Virus record (IMG/VR): IMGVR_UViG_3300045533_000060
Strand: one strand, 5' to 3'
From: an uncultured virus (IMG/VR IMGVR_UViG_3300045533_000060)
Lineage: Duplodnaviria; Heunggongvirae; Uroviricota; Caudoviricetes
Length of the DNA stretch: 64,000 nt
Below the pieces are notes generated by a model. That model was given only the letters and a program-made list of their open reading frames with translations, was not told where the DNA came from and searched no databases. Made by a program: the position numbers and the translations under genes. This document shows positions 10,064-19,967 of the stretch, in pieces. How positions within the stretch are numbered: the stretch's first letter is position 1; every line of letters starts with the position of its first letter.

Positions 10064-10876
10064 ATGGCACTATGGGGAAAATTCAATAAAAAAAGAGCGG
10101 AAGAACGAGCAGCAAGAAGGGCGAAAGAAAAACAACGGCAATTTGCAGGCAGTGCTGAATCAAAACAGTATAATGAGCTAAAAGGAATGGCATCTCAATT
10201 TGGGGTAGACCCTGCTAAACTTGGCGATTTTAAATTGGGGAATAAGCAAAATAATGCCATTTTAGAGCAACTTCGTTCCCAAGTTAATTCCGCTTCTTTA
10301 GCTAAAGCTCCCCAAAGACCTACTATGACATTTGGAGATGCTGCTCCAGCAGCTTTAAGACAATCACAACCTCCAATGGGAGCTACGAATCCAGCACAGC
10401 CAAACCCTGCTACGTCTCCAGCTCAACCTCAACAGCCTCCAAAATACTATCTTCAACCATCTCAACCTCAACCGCAGAATCCTAATCAACCAATGACTAA
10501 AGGACCAGAGAGCATTTACAGGGCTACTGCACAAACTGGGCTTACCATGCCGGGACAACAGCAACCACAACAACAGCAACCACAACAGCAACCACAACAA
10601 CAGCAAAACTTGAATAAGCCACCTGCAAATACCGATCAAAGATTTCAGCAATTGAGGAATCAATTTACGCAGCAACCACAGCAACCACAGCAACCACAGC
10701 AGCAACCACAGCAGCAACCACAGCAGCAACCACAGCAACCACAACAGCAACCTCCGAAGCCAGCTCAACCTGCACAGCAGCAACAAGCTCCACAGCCAGC
10801 TTCACAACAAACTCAACAGCCAGCTCAACAACAGAATCCTACTGATGAAGAGAAAAAACGCTTAGGGCAAATGTAA
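10064..10876 (+). CDS. Q/P-rich low-complexity protein
   Basis: RBS GGGAG; CAGCAACCA-type repeats encode QQP/QQQP. Confidence 0.7.
   Translation: MALWGKFNKKRAEERAARRAKEKQRQFAGSAESKQYNELKGMASQFGVDPAKLGDFKLGNKQNNAILEQLRSQVNSASLAKAPQRPTMTFGDAAPAALRQSQPPMGATNPAQPNPATSPAQPQQPPKYYLQPSQPQPQNPNQPMTKGPESIYRATAQTGLTMPGQQQPQQQQPQQQPQQQQNLNKPPANTDQRFQQLRNQFTQQPQQPQQPQQQPQQQPQQQPQQPQQQPPKPAQPAQQQQAPQPASQQTQQPAQQQNPTDEEKKRLGQM
10555..10790 (+). repeat. microsatellite-like CA(A/G)CAACCA tandem repeats
   Basis: Runs of cagcaacca/cagcagcaacca at ~10555-10605 and ~10670-10750. Confidence 0.9.
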
Positions 10877-10885
10877 GGACTATAT

Positions 10886-12850
10886 ATGCAAGACTTAAAA
10901 GAACTTCAGAAAAAAGCACAAGAATCTTTGGCTAATCAACAAGGTCTTATTAGGTCTTCTATAAGAGGAGATGAGTTTTCTCCTGAAGAAATTGCTGCAG
11001 AAATGGAACGCTTACAAGCTCAAGAAGCTGACAAGCAAAAATTTGAACAGCAAAAACAAGCACAAATGCAGCAACAATCTGATGCTGAATTAGATAGTAG
11101 AATTGAAAAAAGCTCTAAGCTTGAACGTCTAGGGTTAACAGAAAAGTACGATCCTAAATTGGCAGCACATGCTCTTAAGATTTTTCCTAGTTTAGAACAA
11201 TTTGGAATGAAGCCTGAAGTTAGTCCTGTGAAACAACAGGAAGAAGAGGTTTCAAGAGAACCTGCAGCGACAGAGGAAGAGGAGCAAGTTCCAGATGATG
11301 CAATTAAATCTAGCATATTAGAAACAGAAGGCGGATACTCAGATATTGAAGAAGATAAAGGTGGAGCCACTAATAGAGGCATTACCTTAGAGACTTATAG
11401 CAATTTTCTAGGAAGACCTGCATCTAAAGAAGAGTTACAAAACATCTCAGATAAAGAAGTTAACTCGATTTTTGGAAGATACTATAATGAAGCAGGGGGC
11501 GAAAAAATAAAAGACCCTAGGGTTAGAGAAGTTCTAGTAGATCAAAATTATAACAAAGGTACTAATTTTTTAAACCGAGTGAACGATATGCTAGGGACTC
11601 CTAGAGGTACTTCACTTAGTCAGGAAGCTATTGATAAAATCAACAGTACTGATCCTGATGAATTTTTAAAACAAGTCCTTTCTTCCGAAAGAGATATCTA
11701 TAAGAAAATAGCAGAAAAAGATCCATCTCAGCAGAAGTTTTCAGCTGGCTGGGACAAGCGTATTTTAGATTTAGCAAAAAAGACAGGGGTAGAATTAGAA
11801 GAAGAAAGGATGTCTAAAGAGCCAGCTCCTCAAAATATAGAAGAACTCTTAAAGAAAGCCAGAGAAGAAGAAGATAGAGCCAGCACAGCAAAACAATTTG
11901 CTGAGCTTAGAGACGCTATTATAGGAGTTGGGGCTGGAAAAGTTATAGCAAGCGATACTTCTAGCTACGATGAAAGAAAAGCTAAAGCTATGCGTCCTAT
12001 TAACGACATACTTCTAAAGGACGAATTAGAATCCAAACAAGCCAAATCTGATCCTAATAGTCAACTTTCTAAGCTAATGAGAAAATCTTTAGAGGAGATG
12101 GGTATTAATATGAAGGGATTTGAAAAAGTTCCATACTCCCAATTAGAAAAACTATACCCAACCTTCAGTCAAGCACTTTATAATAAACTATCTATAGAAG
12201 CTAAAAAAGGCGAAGCTGTTAGAAAAGCAACCGAGAAAGCAGAAACTAAATTAGAAAAATTAGATCAGAAAAAGCAAAAAGATATGACAGATCATATAAA
12301 CTTTTCAATAAATAATCTAAAAAAATCATACGAAAATTATTCAAAATCCCAAACAGCTCTAGATTCGGTTAGTACCATGTTAGCAGCTGCAAAAAATAAA
12401 ATAACTCCGGGTACTTCTGACGTTACCTTACTATATAGTTTTATTAGCGGTCTAGATCCTGCTTCGACAGTAAGAGAAGGAGAGATTGCCTTATCTAAAT
12501 CCGCAATGTCTTTGTGGGGAAAAGTAAAACAAGGAACTCTACAATTAGCTGGAGGAGACTTACTAGACTCTAATACTAGAAAATCAATTGAAGAAATTAT
12601 GAAAGTAATACAATCTGCTAGAGAAAAACAATTTGCTAAACAAAAAGCTAATTTAATTGAGGCTGGAGTTGGTAAAGGTTTGGACAAAACTATTTTAAAT
12701 TCATATATCTATCCGGAAGTGGATGCAATCTCTGTGTTATCGAAGCAAAAAGAATTAACTCCAGAAGAAAGACTACAAAAATATGAACAGATGATTAATA
12801 GAACTTCAGAATTACAAAAAAGAGATACTCGAAATAAAAAAGGTAATTAG
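10886..12850 (+). CDS. ejection-type protein with internal glycoside hydrolase family 108 (lysozyme) domain
   Basis: ILETEGGYSD..EDKGGATNRGIT (EGGY motif) and SQQKFSAGWDKRI inside a coiled-coil protein. Confidence 0.75.
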   Translation: MQDLKELQKKAQESLANQQGLIRSSIRGDEFSPEEIAAEMERLQAQEADKQKFEQQKQAQMQQQSDAELDSRIEKSSKLERLGLTEKYDPKLAAHALKIFPSLEQFGMKPEVSPVKQQEEEVSREPAATEEEEQVPDDAIKSSILETEGGYSDIEEDKGGATNRGITLETYSNFLGRPASKEELQNISDKEVNSIFGRYYNEAGGEKIKDPRVREVLVDQNYNKGTNFLNRVNDMLGTPRGTSLSQEAIDKINSTDPDEFLKQVLSSERDIYKKIAEKDPSQQKFSAGWDKRILDLAKKTGVELEEERMSKEPAPQNIEELLKKAREEEDRASTAKQFAELRDAIIGVGAGKVIASDTSSYDERKAKAMRPINDILLKDELESKQAKSDPNSQLSKLMRKSLEEMGINMKGFEKVPYSQLEKLYPTFSQALYNKLSIEAKKGEAVRKATEKAETKLEKLDQKKQKDMTDHINFSINNLKKSYENYSKSQTALDSVSTMLAAAKNKITPGTSDVTLLYSFISGLDPASTVREGEIALSKSAMSLWGKVKQGTLQLAGGDLLDSNTRKSIEEIMKVIQSAREKQFAKQKANLIEAGVGKGLDKTILNSYIYPEVDAISVLSKQKELTPEERLQKYEQMINRTSELQKRDTRNKKGN

Positions 12851-12851
12851 T

Positions 12852-14939
12852 ATGAAATTAACTCCAGAAGAAGAATTGGAACTTGACGAGTTACAAAAAC
12901 AACTTCCGTCTATAATGAAAGACTATGAAGATCTTAAATCCCAATTAACTCCAAAAGAAGAGGAGCCTGAAACTTCTATGTTAGAAGCAGGTCTACGAGG
13001 AGCTGCTCAAGGTTTAACTTTTGAGAATGCTGATGAAATTGCAGCACTTCTTTCTGGAGCAGGGGGATTAGTAACTGGAGAGGGTTTTGGAGAAGCTTAT
13101 GAAAAAGGACTCGAAGAGTCTAGAGCTGAATATAAAAAATCAGAAAAGGAATATCCTATTACTTCTGGAGCTGGTCAGATTGCAGGAGGTCTTGCTCAAG
13201 GACTTGCTTTGTCTATGATTCCGGGTGCTCCTGCGGCTACTGCTGGAAAAACAGCGGCTAATATCAGTAAATTACGAAACCTGCTAATGCCTACTGCAGG
13301 AGCTTCTGCAATGCAGAATATAAAAACTGCTGCAAAGACAGGAGCTATTGCTGGAGGACTGACAAAATTAGGAGCCTCTGAGGATAAAGGATTAGGAGAT
13401 CTAGCTTCTGGAGCTGTAAGTGGAGCTGCAGTAGGTGGAGTTTTGGGAGCTGGAATAGAAGGTATAAAAGGAGCAGCAGGAGCTATAGGTAAGAAAATAT
13501 CCAAAGATATTGACTTAGGCGAAGCTCCTGATGTGTTAAAGCAATTAAGAACCGCTATTCGAGAAGGAAAAAAGGGACAAGGTTTTGTAACTCCGAAAGA
13601 TAAACAAGCCATCATAGAAGAAACCAAAACTGTCGCTAAGAGCATAGTTCCTAAGATTAGCGAAGAATTAAAAAATGTTGGAGAATTAAAACAGAAAATT
13701 TTAGATAACTCACAAGAAGTATTTATTCCCGTAGAGAAATCTTTGCAGGAACTGCTGGATCAACTAAAAGTAAATCCGTATAAAAAAGCAGGTACTATAA
13801 GAAAGCAAATTCAAAGAATATACCTAGAAAAAAGACAAGCCTTAAACGGTGGACCTTTTACTCCTTCCGCTGCTTTTTCTTTAGCAAGTGATATAAGTGA
13901 GTTAATGAAGGATAAAAAACTCAATAAGTCTATTAAAAGCTTAGGTTTCAATACCGCAGAGGCTATTGAGAATACTATAGAGCAAGAATTAAACCCTCAA
14001 GTAGCAATCGCAGCTTTAAAGAAAGATCCAGAAGCTTTAACGATGTACTCTAAATATATCCAAGAACTTTCTCCTGAGCAGCTACTAGGTAAGCCTTTAA
14101 AGAAAGGAAAAAAACTAGCACCTGAAGAGGCTAGACAGAAAGCCGACGAACTAATGAAACTTTTTAGAGATGTTACAGATATGGTAGGAGCGGAAGACCC
14201 TGCTATAATAAATGATATGCTAAGAAAAGCAGATCCTCTAGTTACAAGTAATCTCAACCCTATAAAAATTCTGAACTCAAAAATGAGAGATGCTCTATCC
14301 TCAAGAGAAATTTTAGGGATAAAAAAGGGAGCTTCTTTTGATGAGAAGAAATATAGGGATTTTGAAAAGATCTTCCAAAATATTCTAGATCAAAGTAAAG
14401 ATACTAAATCTTCTCTCATTAAAAAAGAAAGATATAATACAGCACTGGGGAATTTGAAGAGATCGTTTCCTGAGTTAGGGAAAGAAATAGAAGAAAAAGT
14501 ATCTCCTCTAGTAGATAAATTAGAATTAAAATCATACTTAGAGACAGGTTCTTTAGATGCGTCTGGCGAAAAATCTGGAATGATCAAATCATTCTTAGGA
14601 AACCTAGGTCAGCTTGGGGTGGGGGCAGCTAATATCGGTGCTCAAACTTTAGAGGCGGCTGAGAAAGGAGTTGCTGGTCCCCTAAAATTAGGTGTAACAG
14701 TTCCTACTTCCACCTTTATACGTCCGGGAGTTAGTACTCTTACTTCTTTAAAATCGGCAGTTGATGAAATCGTAGAGGTCAGAAAATTCAGAGGAAAAGA
14801 ACCCGGAGTTTTTAAAATGATCTCTGAGAAATTAAACACAGCTCTGACAGAAAAAGATCCTGCTAGGAGAGCGGCTATCATAAATACACTCATGCAGTAT
14901 TCAGTATTCAGAAATTTAATTGGAAATAAAAAAGAGTAG
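12852..14939 (+). CDS. probable internal virion / ejection protein
   Basis: AGLRGAAQGLTFENADEI-type N-terminal motif typical of phage DNA-transfer proteins; G/A-rich hydrophobic segments. Confidence 0.6.
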   Translation: MKLTPEEELELDELQKQLPSIMKDYEDLKSQLTPKEEEPETSMLEAGLRGAAQGLTFENADEIAALLSGAGGLVTGEGFGEAYEKGLEESRAEYKKSEKEYPITSGAGQIAGGLAQGLALSMIPGAPAATAGKTAANISKLRNLLMPTAGASAMQNIKTAAKTGAIAGGLTKLGASEDKGLGDLASGAVSGAAVGGVLGAGIEGIKGAAGAIGKKISKDIDLGEAPDVLKQLRTAIREGKKGQGFVTPKDKQAIIEETKTVAKSIVPKISEELKNVGELKQKILDNSQEVFIPVEKSLQELLDQLKVNPYKKAGTIRKQIQRIYLEKRQALNGGPFTPSAAFSLASDISELMKDKKLNKSIKSLGFNTAEAIENTIEQELNPQVAIAALKKDPEALTMYSKYIQELSPEQLLGKPLKKGKKLAPEEARQKADELMKLFRDVTDMVGAEDPAIINDMLRKADPLVTSNLNPIKILNSKMRDALSSREILGIKKGASFDEKKYRDFEKIFQNILDQSKDTKSSLIKKERYNTALGNLKRSFPELGKEIEEKVSPLVDKLELKSYLETGSLDASGEKSGMIKSFLGNLGQLGVGAANIGAQTLEAAEKGVAGPLKLGVTVPTSTFIRPGVSTLTSLKSAVDEIVEVRKFRGKEPGVFKMISEKLNTALTEKDPARRAAIINTLMQYSVFRNLIGNKKE

Positions 14940-14947
14940 AGGCTGGT

Positions 14948-15274
14948 ATGGATAAAGATAGACTTAATAGAATAGAAGACAAGTTAGATAAAATCTCGGA
15001 TAAAATAGAAGAGATTAATATAACTATGGCAGAAAATACCAAGTCTCTAGTTATTCATGAAAAGAGAACTGATCTTGCGGAGTCGAGAATAGCCCTCAGT
15101 GAACTTCAACTAAAAGAAATATCTACTAGGAATAAAATTGTACTGGATAATATCGAGGAAAAAGTAGGTCCTATTCATAAGCACGTAACTGTAGTAAATG
15201 TAGTAGTAACCTACGTATTGCCAGCTATAGCAGCTATATTAGTCTTTCTTTTTAAAATGGGAATTATTAAATAA
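14948..15274 (+). CDS. XhlA-like coiled-coil membrane protein (holin-like)
   Basis: RLNRIEDKLDKI coiled coil plus one C-terminal TM helix; last gene of late block. Confidence 0.5.
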   Translation: MDKDRLNRIEDKLDKISDKIEEINITMAENTKSLVIHEKRTDLAESRIALSELQLKEISTRNKIVLDNIEEKVGPIHKHVTVVNVVVTYVLPAIAAILVFLFKMGIIK

Positions 15275-15823
15275 GCTCATCAGGCGTTTACCGTAATTAG
15301 ATTCCGCCATCTTCCTATCTGCAGCTGTTTTAGGAGAAAGACAAATCTGATAGTCTTGGTACATTTCTTCCAACACGTCGTCTTCTAGATCTTCTAAGTT
15401 TCCAGAATACTGATCTACTATCATATCACTTACTATATTATAATTGCTAAATTCCGAACCTTCAGTATTAACTCCATCTAGAAATTCCAAAATATCATCG
15501 GCTCTATATGTTTGTCCCGTAGCGTTAGAAACTGTCAATCCGCACCTATTCCTTACATTATTTCTAGTATAGCACTCTCTTCTTTCTTCTTCTGTCTTAT
15601 GTAAATTGTCTTTACTATATTCTCCAGTATCATCTTTTTTGAAAGATCCACTAACATACTCTGCCATAAACTGATTCATGAACTTAAGTTCCTCATCGCT
15701 GAGCTTTCTTAAATAGTCCATATCCAAAACTTCAAATCGAGTTCTAGCATTTAGTCTAGGATTTAAAGCTGGATACTTATCTAAGTCCCGCTTCTTTCTT
15801 GTTTGCTTTTTTTTCTCTGACAT
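15239..15823 (-). CDS. hypothetical protein
   Basis: 194 aa ORF, RBS, convergent 3' overlap with XhlA-like gene. Confidence 0.65.
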   Translation of the reverse strand: MSEKKKQTRKKRDLDKYPALNPRLNARTRFEVLDMDYLRKLSDEELKFMNQFMAEYVSGSFKKDDTGEYSKDNLHKTEEERRECYTRNNVRNRCGLTVSNATGQTYRADDILEFLDGVNTEGSEFSNYNIVSDMIVDQYSGNLEDLEDDVLEEMYQDYQICLSPKTAADRKMAESNYGKRLMSLFNNSHFKKKD

Positions 15824-16109
15824 AATCTCCCAACAATTTATCTAAATCTACAGTACATAAAGCTTTGTCCACATAAAGACAAGTTTTAGTCTTCTTGGTT
15901 ATCTTTATTTTATCATGAAAATATTCTAAATTCATAGGATTATTAGAAAATCTACAGTAATCAAAATATAAATGATGCGTATATATCTTACTTTTACCGT
16001 CAACTATTTGTTTAGTATGTTGGTAATATGCAATATCATCCTCAGGAATACCTTCCTCTGGGTCTTTTAATGCTAGTTCTATTAATTCTTGATCGGATAA
16101 CTGTCGCAT
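15777..16109 (-). CDS. hypothetical protein
   Basis: Coupled ORF in minus-strand operon. Confidence 0.6.
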   Translation of the reverse strand: MRQLSDQELIELALKDPEEGIPEDDIAYYQHTKQIVDGKSKIYTHHLYFDYCRFSNNPMNLEYFHDKIKITKKTKTCLYVDKALCTVDLDKLLGDYVREKKANKKEAGLR

Positions 16110-16540
16110 TAAAACTCCAAGGCAATACCTGCCCCTATAGTTTTAGAAGTGGTCATTATAGCTTGGAAATTTAAACTGCCATAAATTGGAGCAGATACTG
16201 TAGCCCCATATTCTAAATCCCCAGATATATTATTAAGATCTTTTAAAGCCAATACCCCGACTAAGATTCCTCTTTTTGTCTCAGAACTTGAAGAGGTAGC
16301 CACTGAAGTTGAAGTTTCTGATGTAGTATCTTCCGTCTCAGTTGTCTGAGTGGTAGTACTTCCATCAGGAGTTTTAACCTCAGTGGATACTTTTTTCTTC
16401 TTTGTCTGCTTTCTTTCAACCTCTACTATTTTAACTACTTCCTTTGTGATCACTTTAGGCTTAGGAGCCAACACAAATCTTCCAATAAGAAGAAAAGAAA
16501 TAGCTATAATAATGTTAGTTTTAGTTAGCAGACTTTTCAT
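16109..16540 (-). CDS. membrane-anchored protein with C-terminal beta strands ending in Phe
   Basis: N-terminal TM, K/T/S-rich linker, alternating hydrophobic strands ending ...GAGIALEF. Confidence 0.6.
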   Translation of the reverse strand: MKSLLTKTNIIIAISFLLIGRFVLAPKPKVITKEVVKIVEVERKQTKKKKVSTEVKTPDGSTTTQTTETEDTTSETSTSVATSSSSETKRGILVGVLALKDLNNISGDLEYGATVSAPIYGSLNFQAIMTTSKTIGAGIALEF

Positions 16541-17286
16541 TATAGCTCCAATCTACGAACAGTATTGATAATTTTAAAAAGCTCTTTAGAGTCATCTTCG
16601 CTGTCTGTAATAGGAGCAGTTAGAAGAGGACACTTAGCTACCTTGGCTTTAATTGCAAAAAATCCCATAGCAAAGACTTTCTCTGTAGTGCCATTTAAAC
16701 TTTCGTCACACTTAAGAGTAGCGTCTTCGTCAGCAAACCCATCTTTGATAGTATTATTACCAACAACCCAATACTCATCTCTAATAAGCTCTAGATAAGT
16801 TTTCTTATCCATTTTACCCTTTGTACGAGATACTGCCTGTTCATCCATCTTATCTACTAGTTGAATAACGTGATTCAATCTAGAGTTAACTTGCTGTGGA
16901 ATATCCCCTTGGAATCCTCCAGAGGCTCTATGAGACATAACAGTAGCGTATTTTGTAACATATCGCACAGGACTATTTTGTAGAATATGAAACCCCATAC
17001 TAGCAGCAAAAATAGCAACAGAGTGAACTGGTCTTCGGAGAGTATTCATAAAATCAATTAACTCTAGTCCAGATGCTACACTCCCACCCGGAGTATTCAA
17101 AATTAAATAAATGGGATCGTTAGCACTGCCAGTTTGAGCTAGTCTATTCAATTCGTGCATCACACTACCAATTGAAGATCTATCTACTGGACCAAATAAA
17201 CTCACAGTGTTGTCGCTAGTAAGCGTGATTTCTTTTGCAAAAGCTGAAGACAACATCAACAAAAATAAAAAAACAAACCTCATCAA
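16540..17286 (-). CDS. ClpP-like serine protease with signal peptide
   Basis: ILNTPGGSV, AASMG, MSHRASGG motifs; N-terminal MRFVFLFLLMLSSAFA. Confidence 0.8.
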   Translation of the reverse strand: MMRFVFLFLLMLSSAFAKEITLTSDNTVSLFGPVDRSSIGSVMHELNRLAQTGSANDPIYLILNTPGGSVASGLELIDFMNTLRRPVHSVAIFAASMGFHILQNSPVRYVTKYATVMSHRASGGFQGDIPQQVNSRLNHVIQLVDKMDEQAVSRTKGKMDKKTYLELIRDEYWVVGNNTIKDGFADEDATLKCDESLNGTTEKVFAMGFFAIKAKVAKCPLLTAPITDSEDDSKELFKIINTVRRLEL

Positions 17287-17801
17287 ATCCCCCTTGAGAA
17301 TTTCTCGTAGTTATAAGGATTTGTAAATAGTTCTTCTATATACTCCTCCTCCAGTTCATTAAAACATCTTTCAACGCTATCAACATACGGATACATTATA
17401 CTTTTTGGACAGAAATTAAATGGCACTCGTAGATCAGTGGTATGATCTCTACGTAAAGTACAATGTCCCCATTCATGGTATACTAGAGCTTTTCTACCTT
17501 CGAGGGATAATCTACTCCATACTTCAGAAGAAACAATTACGGTATTTGTAACTGGTCTACAAAACGCTGCAACTCCAGTAGGAAGTTTTTTTGCAAAGGT
17601 AGTAGTGAGCTTATAGAAAGAAGCTCCAGCTTTATACTTTTCATTATCTTTTTTGAATTGATTAAAAAGAGGTATAAATTTTTTGTCAATATAGATTGGT
17701 ACATTTAGAAACTTGCTAATAGAAAAAGGAACTAGTAGAATAGCTAGTACTAAAAAAACAAATACTGTAGTTTTGTGTGTAATATCATGGATCAGTTTCA
17801 C
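17283..17801 (-). CDS. membrane-anchored zinc metallopeptidase (metzincin-like)
   Basis: HEWGHCTLRRDH plus SIMYP Met-turn; N-terminal TM. Confidence 0.75.
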   Translation of the reverse strand: MKLIHDITHKTTVFVFLVLAILLVPFSISKFLNVPIYIDKKFIPLFNQFKKDNEKYKAGASFYKLTTTFAKKLPTGVAAFCRPVTNTVIVSSEVWSRLSLEGRKALVYHEWGHCTLRRDHTTDLRVPFNFCPKSIMYPYVDSVERCFNELEEEYIEELFTNPYNYEKFSRGI

Positions 17802-18186
17802 TGGTCTTCCTTTTCCGCCTCTTTGGATATTCTATCACAGGATCTTTCTTCTTGCAAATCCTTCTTTGGTCGTTCTCTGAAGAAGTCTTAGCATCGTGGC
17901 AAGTCTTACATATAGCTTGATAGCCTTCAAATTCACAGAACAGTCTATCAACTACTTCATCCCAAGACTTAAAACCTTCAATAGGTATTACTGGATTAAT
18001 ATGATCTATCTTTATTTCTTTAGGACCTACTTCCTTACTACAAGAGGCGCATTTATAAATACCTCTGTGAAGTCTAGCATTTACTAAACATTGTCTCGCA
18101 GGTGCCCAAAACCTAGATGCCTTCCTAAGAACTGACATTAAGTATGAGCGGAATCTTTTATCCTTGTTGGACTTCATCTTTTCCAT
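17785..18186 (-). CDS. HNH endonuclease
   Basis: CASC...IDHINPV...ICKTCHDAKT. Confidence 0.85.
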   Translation of the reverse strand: MEKMKSNKDKRFRSYLMSVLRKASRFWAPARQCLVNARLHRGIYKCASCSKEVGPKEIKIDHINPVIPIEGFKSWDEVVDRLFCEFEGYQAICKTCHDAKTSSENDQRRICKKKDPVIEYPKRRKRKTSETDP

Positions 18187-18526
18187 TTTTTAAAACCTTT
18201 CTATGGCTACAAGCTGTACAAAGTAAAATTCTACCGACATTAGGAACACTTAGTTCTTTTATAGAACCTGACGTACATTTTTCACAATTTTGAGTTTTCT
18301 TTATTTCCTTTAAAGACGAACCCTTCTTCACACCTTCAATGATTTTTTCAACTGAGATATTGTCTGTATTGCCTTTTAAATATTTAGAAGTCTGAGAAAA
18401 AGCTTCCTGTAAAGTAGCTAGTTCTTTTTTTAATCTTTCGTTATCACTCTTTAATCGTCTATTTGCTGCTTTTAGTTCCTTGATTGCTTCTTCGTTCTCT
18501 ACCGCTTCCTTATTTCTACGTCCCAT
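18158..18526 (-). CDS. coiled-coil plus zinc-ribbon protein
   Basis: CEKC...CTAC at C-terminus. Confidence 0.6.
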   Translation of the reverse strand: MGRRNKEAVENEEAIKELKAANRRLKSDNERLKKELATLQEAFSQTSKYLKGNTDNISVEKIIEGVKKGSSLKEIKKTQNCEKCTSGSIKELSVPNVGRILLCTACSHRKVLKNGKDEVQQG

Positions 18527-18550
18527 TAGGTGCCTTTTGTAATTAGAATA

Positions 18551-18913
18551 CTAGTCCCCGAACCGATATACAATATTTTCTGGACTGACTAAATTACCTT
18601 CTACCATTATATCATAAAAAAATCGAATCTCCACTCTAGGTTTTATACTAGTTACTATGGGGGTGAGTTTTTTACTAATGGGAATAATATCCCATAATTC
18701 TGGGTACTTAAAACCTTTTTCTGTTTTTATTCTGAATCTACTATGTAGGCTGAAAGACACGCCATTTGACATCCGAACATATTCCCCATTCATAGACACA
18801 ACCGCAATACTTTTTACTGGACAGAACTTTCCATCTTCACATAAGACTAATTCGCCTACCTGCAAATCTTTTAGTTCTTTAATTCCATCTTTAGAAATTA
18901 TCTTTAGTTGCAT
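18551..18913 (-). CDS. stand-alone degenerate Hint-domain protein
   Basis: KDGIKELKDLQVGELVL..DG (block A-like) and FYDIMVEG (block F-like); no N-terminal Cys or terminal HN. Confidence 0.6.
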   Translation of the reverse strand: MQLKIISKDGIKELKDLQVGELVLCEDGKFCPVKSIAVVSMNGEYVRMSNGVSFSLHSRFRIKTEKGFKYPELWDIIPISKKLTPIVTSIKPRVEIRFFYDIMVEGNLVSPENIVYRFGD

Positions 18914-19553
18914 ATTTAATAGTATACCACATGGAAAGATCTGATTGCATAGCGGAAACAGTAGTTGAGTTATTTACTATAACATCGTAATCACTATCTT
19001 CTCCTAGTTGATTCTCACTAATATGAGAACTAACATTGGAAAGTCCAGATCTTTTTACCAACACTAGCACAGCTCCTAAACTTTTCAAGTAGTCTCGCTC
19101 ATTTTTAAATCTAGCATCTGTTATTACGATAGGAACCTCTCGGATTTTTACTGCAGTTTTTACATAAGACAACCAAATATCATCCTGTATAAAAGTTCTG
19201 CAAATATCAGTGCCTACAGTTTGCAACATGTCTCGAATACTTGTAAGGATTTTACCCATAAAATTCTCACAAAGTATTTCGTAAGTGCTATAAAACTCAA
19301 AAGCATAACCGTCCCTTGCTAATGTTCTCAAAAGAGTGTCCACATGTATTGAACTTATAGATACAGGTATGGTAAAGGGTGCTTCCTTCATAGTAGGGTC
19401 ATCCATGTGTTGCCGAGGAACATTGAAAACATCCGAACAAATATCCTTAAGTTTATCAGCAAGACCAATTCTTTTAAATCCATAAGATCGAATTAGAACT
19501 TCAGCTGCTGTATCCTTACCTGCAAATTTAACTCCTGAGAAAGCAATGATCAT
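18891..19553 (-). CDS. deoxynucleoside monophosphate kinase
   Basis: IIAFSGVKFAGKDT, LADKLKD, RDMLQTVGTD, ITDARF.NE, H.SE motifs. Confidence 0.9.
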   Translation of the reverse strand: MIIAFSGVKFAGKDTAAEVLIRSYGFKRIGLADKLKDICSDVFNVPRQHMDDPTMKEAPFTIPVSISSIHVDTLLRTLARDGYAFEFYSTYEILCENFMGKILTSIRDMLQTVGTDICRTFIQDDIWLSYVKTAVKIREVPIVITDARFKNERDYLKSLGAVLVLVKRSGLSNVSSHISENQLGEDSDYDVIVNNSTTVSAMQSDLSMWYTIKYATKDNF

Positions 19554-19562
19554 TAGTTCTCC

Positions 19563-19961
19563 TTAATAAAATTTTCCATTCTTGGCTTCGGCTTCTTCAG
19601 AGATATAACCAGCTTCTGTAAGCTTAGTCATAAAAATACTCATTATTATACATTCTAGTTGTTTATGTTGGGGGGTATGGTCCCAATGCTCTAGATGAGC
19701 TAACTCATGAGCTAAGTATTGCAGTACGTCTAAAGTGGAGTAGTTCTTTATCTTATCAGCAAGAGTGTCATGATAAGTTATATATAAGGTTATTCGAAAG
19801 GACTTTTTATCAAAATAGGTAATAAGACCATGAAAGTGCTGCCAATACTCTTTACTACCTCTACGAGAGGATATTTTTTTTAGTTGTTTAATTTTAGGAA
19901 GAAGATGGGTTACAGATTCAATATAGGAACGCATCCACTCCAATTCTTTCACTACTACCAT
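19563..19961 (-). CDS. HEXXH metallopeptidase-like protein
   Basis: LAHELAHLEHWDH. Confidence 0.65.
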   Translation of the reverse strand: MVVVKELEWMRSYIESVTHLLPKIKQLKKISSRRGSKEYWQHFHGLITYFDKKSFRITLYITYHDTLADKIKNYSTLDVLQYLAHELAHLEHWDHTPQHKQLECIIMSIFMTKLTEAGYISEEAEAKNGKFY

Positions 19962-19967
19962 AAGTAC

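Noticed and set aside
10364..10786. Minus-strand LLWLL membrane-like ORF
   Set aside because: Antisense shadow of the Q/P codon repeats
18551..18913. Active or split intein
   Set aside because: No catalytic first residue, no terminal Asn, no exteins and no partner half found
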